Positions 39,581 through 46,196 of a DNA stretch of 46,196 bases are shown in pieces (within the stretch, counting starts at the first letter, position 1; every line of letters starts with the position of its first letter). Below the pieces are notes generated by a model. The model was given only the letters and a program-made list of their open reading frames with translations. It ran no database searches and was not told the origin of the DNA. The translations under genes were made by a program, and so were the position numbers. The DNA is from Chthoniobacteraceae bacterium (GTDB lineage: Bacteria > Verrucomicrobiota > Verrucomicrobiia > Chthoniobacterales > Chthoniobacteraceae): contig JANNWY010000096.1 in assembly GCA_031409335.1 (NCBI GenBank), forward strand, positions 1 through 46,196, given 5' to 3'.

Positions 39581-40359
39581 GCGTGGTCGTGATCGTGGTG
39601 CGCGTGATCGTGCGTCGGGCCGGTGAAAATCGGCGTGTTGTAGGTGCGCGCGATGTGCTCTTCCGTGAAGACATCGGCGACCGGGCCGGCGGCGAGCAGT
39701 TCGCCATTGAGAAAGAGCACCTGGTCGAAAAGCTCGCGCACATTCGAGAGATCGTGGTGCGACGCGATGACGAGTTTCCCCGCGTCGCGCAGCTCGCGGA
39801 GCAGCGTTTTCAGATCGTCCTGCGTCGGTTTGTCGAGGCCGGTGAAAGGTTCATCGAGCAGAAAGACGTGCGCCTCCTGAGCGAGCGCCCGCGCGAGAAA
39901 ACTGCGCTGCTGCTGCCCGCCCGAAAGCGCGCTCACCTGCCGGTGCTCCAGCTCGCCGAGACGCATCGCTTTCACCGCCGCATCCACTGCCTTTTCATCC
40001 TCGCGCGAATACCCGCGCCACCAGCCCGTGCGCGCATAGCGCCCCATTTCCACCAGCCCGCGCACATCGGTCGGGAAGTCCCAGTCGATCGCCTCGCGCT
40101 GCGGCAGATATGCGAATTCACGCGTCGCGCCGCGCACCGGGTTTCCGTGAAACGCGATCATCCCGGTCTCGATCGGCAGCCAACCCGCGCGCGCTGTCAG
40201 CAGCGTGGATTTCCCGGCGCCATTCGGCCCGAGCAGCGCGACGCGCTGGCCGCACGGCACATCGAAAGCGATGTGATGCAGGGCCGGGATGCGGTTGTAG
40301 CTCACGGTGAGATCACGCACGCGGAGTTCGTGCGAGGAGGTGCGCGCGCCGAGGTTCAT
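39577..40359 (-). CDS. Zn/Mn ABC transporter ATP-binding protein
   Basis: GPNGAGKST, AYLPQRE..DWDFP, LSGGQQQR, LLDEPF; His-rich tail. Confidence 0.93.
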   Translation of the reverse strand: MNLGARTSSHELRVRDLTVSYNRIPALHHIAFDVPCGQRVALLGPNGAGKSTLLTARAGWLPIETGMIAFHGNPVRGATREFAYLPQREAIDWDFPTDVRGLVEMGRYARTGWWRGYSREDEKAVDAAVKAMRLGELEHRQVSALSGGQQQRSFLARALAQEAHVFLLDEPFTGLDKPTQDDLKTLLRELRDAGKLVIASHHDLSNVRELFDQVLFLNGELLAAGPVADVFTEEHIARTYNTPIFTGPTHDHAHHDHDHA

Positions 40360-40775
40360 GGAAAGGCGATGACCTCCTCCATCTCGCCGCGGCCCCATAC
40401 GGTTTTGTCGTGTTCGTTTCCGTTCGGGTCCGTCAGGCGGAGGCGCAGCGCGCCCTCGGCATCTCGCGGCCACGCGACTTTCACCACGAGATCCACGCCC
40501 TCTTCCGGAAATGGGAGCGCCAGGTCATGGGACTCATCGGTCTTATGGGACTCATGCGACTGGTCTGCCCACACCACTTTCCCGAGATGCGAGATCGCGA
40601 AACTTTCCGGCGCAACCGAAAACGTGAGCCGCAATCCGATCGGCACTGCGCCCGCCTCCGCCTGCGCGGGAGCCGCGACCGCGCCATCCACCGTCGTCAA
40701 TTTCCACAGCGGCACTCCCGCCAGCGCGATGAATGCAAACGCGATCAACGCGCGCAGCAGCGGCGAGCCTCTCAT
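40356..40775 (-). CDS. Hypothetical membrane-anchored protein within the metal ABC operon
   Basis: N-terminal TM; abuts or overlaps both neighbours; contains SHESHKTDESHD. Confidence 0.75.
   Translation of the reverse strand: MRGSPLLRALIAFAFIALAGVPLWKLTTVDGAVAAPAQAEAGAVPIGLRLTFSVAPESFAISHLGKVVWADQSHESHKTDESHDLALPFPEEGVDLVVKVAWPRDAEGALRLRLTDPNGNEHDKTVWGRGEMEEVIAFP
40523..40561. repeat. Degenerate 9-mer repeat in frame in the CDS
   Basis: atgggactc atcggtctt atgggactc atgcgact. Confidence 0.6.
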
Positions 40776-41669
40776 CTATTTCAGCGCATCCACGATTGTG
40801 GAAACATTGTGCTTGTACATCCCCTCGAAAGTCGCGGCCTTGCCCTCGCCGAGCCCGTCCGCATACAGCTCGCCGCCGATCACCGCGCCCGTCTCGCGGG
40901 TGATTTCCTTCAGCACTTTCGGATTCTCGATGCTCTCGGAGAACACCGCCTTCACCCCCTGCTCCCGCACTTCCCGGATCAAATCCGCGACCCGTTTCGA
41001 CGACGGTTGATCGGACGACGAGACCCCTTCGATGGCATAAACGGTGAACCCGTTTTCCTTCGCAAAATACTGAAACGCATCGTGCGAAGTCACCAGCTTG
41101 CGCTTGTTACGCGGCAGCTCGGCCAGCTTCGCTTTCGTCCACTTTTGCAGGGCATCGAGTTGCGCGAGATACTGGTCGGCATTCGCCGAAAATGTGACCG
41201 TGTCCGCCGGCGAAATCTTCTTCAGCGCATCCCGCACGATCTTCGTCGCCTTCTGCACATTCCCCACGCTGTGCCACCAGTGCGGGTCTTCCTCCGAGTG
41301 GGTGTGGCCAGGGTGCGCATGACCGTGATCGTCCGCGATTTTCAGCGACGCAAAGCCCGCGCCGACTTCGAGAAAGTTGCCCGTCCCGCCCGTCGCTTCG
41401 CGCAGTTTGCCGACGTATCCCTCCATGTGTTTGGCAGAAAGCAGGACGAGTTGCGAATCGCCCACGATCTTCAAATCCGCCGGCTTCGGCTCGAATTCAT
41501 GCGGGTCCAGACCGGGTTTTACGTGCCCCGTTACGTCCACGCGATCACCGCCGACTTGCTGTGCGACTTCGGTGAGGATGGTGGAAAAACTCGAGACGCG
41601 AATGCGGTCCGCGGCGTTGAGTGCCGGGATGAAGAGCAGAGCGGCGAGGTGAACGAAAACGGTTTTCAT
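40776..41669 (-). CDS. Zn/Mn ABC transporter substrate-binding protein (ZnuA/TroA family)
   Basis: DPHEFEP, His-rich loop, DPHWW, TSHDAFQY, ELYADGL. Confidence 0.94.
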   Translation of the reverse strand: MKTVFVHLAALLFIPALNAADRIRVSSFSTILTEVAQQVGGDRVDVTGHVKPGLDPHEFEPKPADLKIVGDSQLVLLSAKHMEGYVGKLREATGGTGNFLEVGAGFASLKIADDHGHAHPGHTHSEEDPHWWHSVGNVQKATKIVRDALKKISPADTVTFSANADQYLAQLDALQKWTKAKLAELPRNKRKLVTSHDAFQYFAKENGFTVYAIEGVSSSDQPSSKRVADLIREVREQGVKAVFSESIENPKVLKEITRETGAVIGGELYADGLGEGKAATFEGMYKHNVSTIVDALK

Positions 41670-41703
41670 GCGCGCCAGCGACGATAGCGGCGCACCTTCT
41701 ACT

Positions 41704-41719
41704 CGCAAGCTATTTGCAT
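41704..41719. promoter_or_regulatory. Possible metal-regulator (Fur/Zur-type) operator
   Basis: GCAA-N5-TTGC palindrome about 35-50 bp upstream of the metal ABC operon; short, so weak support. Confidence 0.3.
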
Positions 41720-41726
41720 GTGCTGC

Positions 41727-42377
41727 CTATGGCGCGAGGCGCTCGATTTTCCAAATCCCGTCGGGCTGTTTCGAATAGCGGAGTCGATCGTGCAGCCGAC
41801 TCCGCCGTCCCTGCCAGAACTCGATCGTGTGCGGCGACAGCGTGTAGCCGCCCCAATTCGGAGGAAGCGGGATTTCAGCCTCGCAGAATTTTGTGCGCGC
41901 CTCGTCAAACTGCCGCTCCAATTGCGCGCGGTCGGCGAGGACGCTGCTCTGCGACGAGGCCCACGCACCGAGCTGGCTGGTGGCGGGGCGCGTGTGAAAG
42001 TACCGCTCACTTTCCTCGCGCGAAATTTTTCCGACCGTCCCGGCAATGTTCACCTGCCGCTCAAGCGCGACCCACAAAAACGTGAGCGCCGCGCGCGGAT
42101 TGGTCGCGAGCTGGCCGCCTTTGATGCTCTCGTAGTTTGTAAAAAACGAGAGACCACGCGCATCGCAAACCTTCAGCAAAACCGTGCGCGACCACGGCTG
42201 GCCAGTGGGATCGACGGTGGAGAGCACCATCGCATTTGGCTCGGGAATCTGCTGGTCGAGCGCTTCCGCGAGCCAGCGATTGAATTGCACGATCGGATCG
42301 GCATCGAGCTCGCCGCGGCGGAGCCCGCGCAGACTGTAATCCTGGCGCAGCGCCGCGAGTTGTGAAGGAGTAAGCAT
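41727..42377 (-). CDS. pdxH: Pyridoxine/pyridoxamine 5'-phosphate oxidase
   Basis: LRQDY, EPNAMVLST, RTVLLK, FFTNYES, SQLGAWASSQS, PPNWGG, EFWQGRRSRLHDR, RLAP. Confidence 0.97.
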   Translation of the reverse strand: MLTPSQLAALRQDYSLRGLRRGELDADPIVQFNRWLAEALDQQIPEPNAMVLSTVDPTGQPWSRTVLLKVCDARGLSFFTNYESIKGGQLATNPRAALTFLWVALERQVNIAGTVGKISREESERYFHTRPATSQLGAWASSQSSVLADRAQLERQFDEARTKFCEAEIPLPPNWGGYTLSPHTIEFWQGRRSRLHDRLRYSKQPDGIWKIERLAP

Positions 42378-42420
42378 TCCAGGATTTCTGACTTCCTAAC
42401 TCCTATTTCCTAAATTCCCA

Positions 42421-42876
42421 TCACCCTTGATTCGGCGGCAGCTCGACGATCTCGAACCAGTACTTTTCGAGCGTCTGCAAGATGTCCACCAGCGCTTCAA
42501 ACGTGACCGGCTTCACGATGTAGCTGTTCACCCCGAGATCGTAGCTTTTGTAAATATCCTCGTCGGCTTTTGAAGTCGTGAGCACCACGACGGGAATGGT
42601 GCGCAGCGCGGGATCGGTTTTGATTTCCTGAAGCACCGTGCGGCCGTCTTTTCGCGGCATGTTCAAATCGAGCAGGATGAGGCCCGGTCGCGGTGCCTCG
42701 GCAGGCGGCGAATATTTTCCCTCCTTACGGAGATATTCGAGCAGTTCCTCGCCGTTCTCGACAAAGCGGATTTCGTTGATCAAGCGGCCTTCTTCGAGCG
42801 CTTCCTTTGTCAGGATGCGATCGTCCGAATCGTCGTCGGCCATCAGGATGGTGATCGGCATGGCGTCTTTTCTCAT
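42421..42876 (-). CDS. Single-domain response regulator (Rcp-type receiver)
   Basis: ADDD, LLDLNMPRKDG, VLTTS, SYIVKP. Confidence 0.95.
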   Translation of the reverse strand: MRKDAMPITILMADDDSDDRILTKEALEEGRLINEIRFVENGEELLEYLRKEGKYSPPAEAPRPGLILLDLNMPRKDGRTVLQEIKTDPALRTIPVVVLTTSKADEDIYKSYDLGVNSYIVKPVTFEALVDILQTLEKYWFEIVELPPNQG

Positions 42877-44690
42877 GGGGCGGTTGTGGCGGTTTGTTTC
42901 GTCGGAAGCGTCACGATAAAAGTCGCACCTTCTCCTACCGCGCTTTTTGCCACAATCGCGCCGCCGTGCCTATCGGTAATTTTCCGGCAAACCGCGAGGC
43001 CGATCCCGGTTCCCTCGTATTCCTGCCGGGTGTGGAGGCGTTGAAACACGACGAAAATCTGGTCCGCGAATTTTTGCTCGAAGCCGATGCCATTGTCGGA
43101 AACCGCGATGCGGCACAGCTCGCTGCCGCGCGGCGCGCCGGAGATTTCACTGCCAGTGGCTTTCTCGATCTCGCACGAAATCGTGACGACTGGCGAGACG
43201 CCGGGCTTTTGGAATTTGAGGGCGTTGACGAGCAGATTTTGGAAAAGCTGCCGCATCTGCAGTGGATCGGCGTCGATCAACGGCAACTCGCCGACTTCCA
43301 CGCGGGCTCCCTTTTCCTCGACCGAAACCTCGAGATCGTTGAGCACATCCGCGACGATTTTTCCGAGTTTGCAGGGCGCGAAAGGTTGGGCGCGGCTGGC
43401 AATCCGCGAGAGCTTCAGCAAGTCCTGGATCAGCACCTGCATTCGTTCCGAGGCGTTCTGCATTCGCGCGAGATAGTCGCGCCCCTGCTCGCCGAGCCCT
43501 TCGGAACACTTCGCCCGCAGCCGGTCGCCGAATGCCTGGATTTTTCGCAGCGGCTCCTGCAAGTCGTGCGACGCGACCGAAGCGAAGCTGTCCAGCTCGG
43601 CGTTGCTGCGTTTGAGCTTTTCGGCAAAGCGCTGCAACTTTTCATCGGCCGCTTTCCGCGCCGTGATATCGCTGCTCACGCACACCACGCCGATGACGCG
43701 CCCCGCGGGATCGCGCAGCGGCATTTTCGTCGTGGAAAGCCACACGACATTTGGCGATGTGGGCCGCGCGGGCTCCTCGCGATTGCGAATCGGCGCGCCA
43801 GTTTCGACGACGTAGCGGTCGTCCGCGTGGTAGAGTTCGGCGAGCGATTTCGGGAAAAAATCGAACACCGTCCGGCCCTCGACCGATTCCGTCGCGCGCA
43901 ATCCCAGATACAGCCGATGCGCGCGGTTTTGCATGATGTAGTGACCCTCGATGTCCTTCACGAAAACGTGGTCCGCCATCGCGTCCATGATGTTTGCGAG
44001 CAGATTCGCCTGCTGCGCGAGGGAGTCTTCGGCGCGCTGCCGCCGCGAGACATCGCGCAGGAGCTGCAGCGCGGCGCCACCGAGCGCGAGGAAAGTGACG
44101 ACCGGCCCGGCGACCATCACCGCGCTCGCGAACGATCCGTACCGATCCGAGGATTCGATCCGCTCGGCGAGCAGCAGCCGTTCAGTGAGCTGCAGATCGA
44201 AGTGGACCTGGCGCAGTTCCGTCATCGCAGCGTCGGTTTTCGGAGACGACGCCGGTGGCGGGCCGACGCTTTTCCGCCGCGCCTCCATCGCTTGTTTGTC
44301 GGCGTCCGTGATCCGGCGCAGCAGCGATCCCATTCGCTCGATCTTTACGATCTGATCGGGCTGGCTGGAAAGGCGGGTGCGCAGCGAGCGGAACGCGTCG
44401 TTCATGTCGGTGCGCGCCCGCTCATATTCGAGCATCCAGTTTTCACTGCCGCTCATCAGGAACGCCCGCCGCACGCTCTCCATCTCCGTGATGTGGCGCA
44501 TCGCCTTTTCCGTCAATTCGAGCGTTTCCCGGCTCTCCGCCACGAGATTCGCAGCCGCCATGAATTCCTTCGTGCTCTTCCACGAGGCAAACAAGATCAC
44601 GGCCAGCATCACCAACCCGAAGACGAATGCCGCAAAGAATCGCCGCCGGATGGACGGTCGATTCGGCATGAGAGGATTGGGGAGTGACAT
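42873..44690 (-). CDS. Sensor histidine kinase (TM, CHASE3-like, TM, PAS, HisKA, HATPase)
   Basis: Two TMs; PAS (VFVKD..G, TTKMPLRD); ASHDLQEPLRKI, NALKF, DNGIG, GTGIGLAVC; start 44690 or 44669. Confidence 0.93.
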   Translation of the reverse strand: MSLPNPLMPNRPSIRRRFFAAFVFGLVMLAVILFASWKSTKEFMAAANLVAESRETLELTEKAMRHITEMESVRRAFLMSGSENWMLEYERARTDMNDAFRSLRTRLSSQPDQIVKIERMGSLLRRITDADKQAMEARRKSVGPPPASSPKTDAAMTELRQVHFDLQLTERLLLAERIESSDRYGSFASAVMVAGPVVTFLALGGAALQLLRDVSRRQRAEDSLAQQANLLANIMDAMADHVFVKDIEGHYIMQNRAHRLYLGLRATESVEGRTVFDFFPKSLAELYHADDRYVVETGAPIRNREEPARPTSPNVVWLSTTKMPLRDPAGRVIGVVCVSSDITARKAADEKLQRFAEKLKRSNAELDSFASVASHDLQEPLRKIQAFGDRLRAKCSEGLGEQGRDYLARMQNASERMQVLIQDLLKLSRIASRAQPFAPCKLGKIVADVLNDLEVSVEEKGARVEVGELPLIDADPLQMRQLFQNLLVNALKFQKPGVSPVVTISCEIEKATGSEISGAPRGSELCRIAVSDNGIGFEQKFADQIFVVFQRLHTRQEYEGTGIGLAVCRKITDRHGGAIVAKSAVGEGATFIVTLPTKQTATTAP

Positions 44691-44704
44691 CCGGGAAACG
44701 GTGC

Positions 44705-44792
44705 TGGCGGAGGGGGTGGGATTCGAACCCACGGAACCTTGCGGCTCTCCGGTTTTCAAGACCGGCGCGATCGACCACTCTGCCACCCCTCC
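44705..44792 (-). tRNA. tRNA-Ser(TGA)
   Basis: GGAGGGG acceptor, GCAGAGTGG D-loop, CTTGAAA anticodon loop, long variable arm, GGTTCGAATCC, encoded CCA; 88 nt. Confidence 0.97.
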
Positions 44793-44953
44793 TCTTTTTT
44801 TGGAAGCCGCGACATTAGGCGAAGCACGCCGTTGCCGCAAGCTCCGCGCCCGGATTTCGCGGATGCCGGCGCGTTTCCGCATCGCAGATTCGTTTCCCGG
44901 CGGGAAAAAAAATTTACGGGTGAACCAGCGCGTTGTGTCGCTAGCTTGGCCCC

Positions 44954-45367
44954 ATGAACAAGCACATCGTTCTCTACGACGACGAATGCCCGCTGTGTCA
45001 GTTTCAGATGAAAGTGCTGAGCTGGCTCGACTGGCGCGATGCGCTCGCGATCGTGCCGCTTTCCGATCCGCGGGCCAAGGCGGCGGCACCTTCGCTGACG
45101 CGCGAGGATTTGCTCGAGGCGATTCATTGCATCACCCCGGAAGGCCGCGCCTACCGGGGCGCGCGGGCGATTCGTTTCATGGGAATGCGGCTGCCGCTGC
45201 TCGTGCCAGTGGCGCTTTTTCTGTGGATTCCCGGCATCATCTTCTTCGCCGAAATCATCTACGCCTGGGTGAGTCGGAATCGCCTGCTGCTGAGCCGGGT
45301 CTTCGGCTGCAAGGGCGCGTGCGCGGTGATGCCGGCGCGGAAGCGCGAGCAGGACAAGCTGGCGTGA
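44954..45367 (+). CDS. DCC1-like thiol-disulfide oxidoreductase (DUF393)
   Basis: VLYDDECPLC (DxxCxxC), YAWVSRNR. Confidence 0.9.
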   Translation: MNKHIVLYDDECPLCQFQMKVLSWLDWRDALAIVPLSDPRAKAAAPSLTREDLLEAIHCITPEGRAYRGARAIRFMGMRLPLLVPVALFLWIPGIIFFAEIIYAWVSRNRLLLSRVFGCKGACAVMPARKREQDKLA

Positions 45368-45369
45368 GG

Positions 45370-46053
45370 ATGGCGGAGAACATCGAACCTCGAACCTCGA
45401 ACCTCGAACATCGAACGGAGTCGTTGCGCGCGGCTTTGGCGAAAGCGACGACGACTCTGCTGGCGGAAATGGGCGCGCATGGGCATTGGGAAGGTGAACT
45501 TTCCAGCAGTGCGCTTTCGACGGCGACGGCGGTGGTGGCGCTGGCGACGATGGATCGCGATCGGCATGGGGACTTGATTCGCGGCGGGTTGCGCTGGCTC
45601 GCGGAGCATCAGAACGCGGACGGCGGTTGGGGCGACACGGTGAAGAGCAAAAGCAACATCAGCACGACCGCGCTGTGCTGGGCCGCATTCGGCGCGGCTC
45701 GCGCGGATGCGGAATACGCGGACGTGGTGAAACGCGCGTCCGGCATTCTGGGGAACACGCTCGTCCCGAGCGTTGGTCGCGGCGTCCCGCCTCGACGGAC
45801 TTCCCTGCGGCATCGCCTCGTCGTCCAACGTCCAAACCCAAGGATAATCCTCGGCCGAATTCACGATCCCGGCATCCCACGGATTCCGACAGATGTAATG
45901 AAACTTCTCCGCAAGATCACGATCCGAGCGCACGTAACGATCAAACGATTCCTCCTCCCAGAACGGCACCGTCGTCTTTTAAATGCGGTTGATTTCGTGA
46001 GCGGTGAACGATTTCAACGAATGGAACAACTCGGACAGCGGCCAGAAGATTGA
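45370..46053 (+). pseudogene. Squalene-hopene cyclase / prenyltransferase-like gene, 5' part, interrupted from about 45747 by an antisense RAYT element
   Basis: GHWEGELSSSALSTATA, WLAEHQNADGGWGDT (QW repeat), SNISTT; the frame then enters the REP and stops at TGA 46051-46053. Confidence 0.75.
45378..45416. repeat. (GAACMTC)n heptamer microsatellite at the 5' end of the cyclase gene
   Basis: gaacatc gaacctc gaacctc gaacctc gaacatc gaac. Confidence 0.88.
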
Positions 46054-46196
46054 CTCGCCGTTGTCGCCGGACTCCTTCACCCACGGCTGGAACATAAAAT
46101 GGACGTGATCGGGCATGACACACGCGGCAAAAAGTTCGTATCGCTCGCGATGAAAATGGCGCAAGGCGTCCTTGATCGCGGTCCGTGACTTTGCCG
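45747..46196 (-). mobile_element. Second REP-flanked RAYT element (partial, runs off the window); transposase has an in-frame TAA
   Basis: 56-bp REP at 45747-45802; minus strand encodes VMPDHVH...KSFTAHEINRI*KTTVPFWEEESFDRYVR...YICRNP; TAA at 45979-45981 where the recG copy has GAA. Confidence 0.9.

Noticed and set aside
44705..44792. tRNA-Ser as an island integration site
   Set aside because: No duplicated tRNA 3' end and no integrase found in the window
42873..45089. 738-aa extended histidine kinase
   Set aside because: The extension reads through tRNA-Ser; the plausible start is 44690 or 44669
44377..46053. 558-aa ORF as a single gene
   Set aside because: Its N-terminal part is a shadow across the kinase, tRNA and DCC1 genes; the real coding part starts at about 45370 and the tail is antisense RAYT

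Overview
GC-rich bacterial chromosomal window, most likely Verrucomicrobiota/PVC, inferred from the PVC-type CxxCH heme protein, the DUF1549/DUF1553-DUF1501 pair and the heptamer repeats. The backbone is housekeeping: uvrA, nadA, fabV, a glcD-like gene, recG, a pilB/gspE ATPase, a Zn/Mn ABC operon, pdxH, a PAS kinase/receiver pair, tRNA-Ser(TGA) and the start of a squalene-hopene-cyclase-like gene. The most striking signal is a REP/RAYT (HUH Y1 transposase) element family sitting inside protein-coding genes. One RAYT, bracketed by inverted 56-bp double-hairpin REPs, is fused in frame inside the RecG helicase core. A sister copy lies antisense inside the cyclase gene. A transposase-less 111-bp REP doublet lies in frame in a linker of the CxxCH protein. 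An accessory patch at about 11.9-16.6 kb holds a cytoplasmic FN3 gene preceded by a 21-bp-period array, an intact IS256 with an 8-bp target duplication, a predicted membrane-anchored DUF4365 nuclease-like protein and a 5' group II intron fragment. A 31-bp direct repeat brackets a transglutaminase-like gene next to a Fic gene. All family assignments come from motif recognition by eye; no database searches were run.
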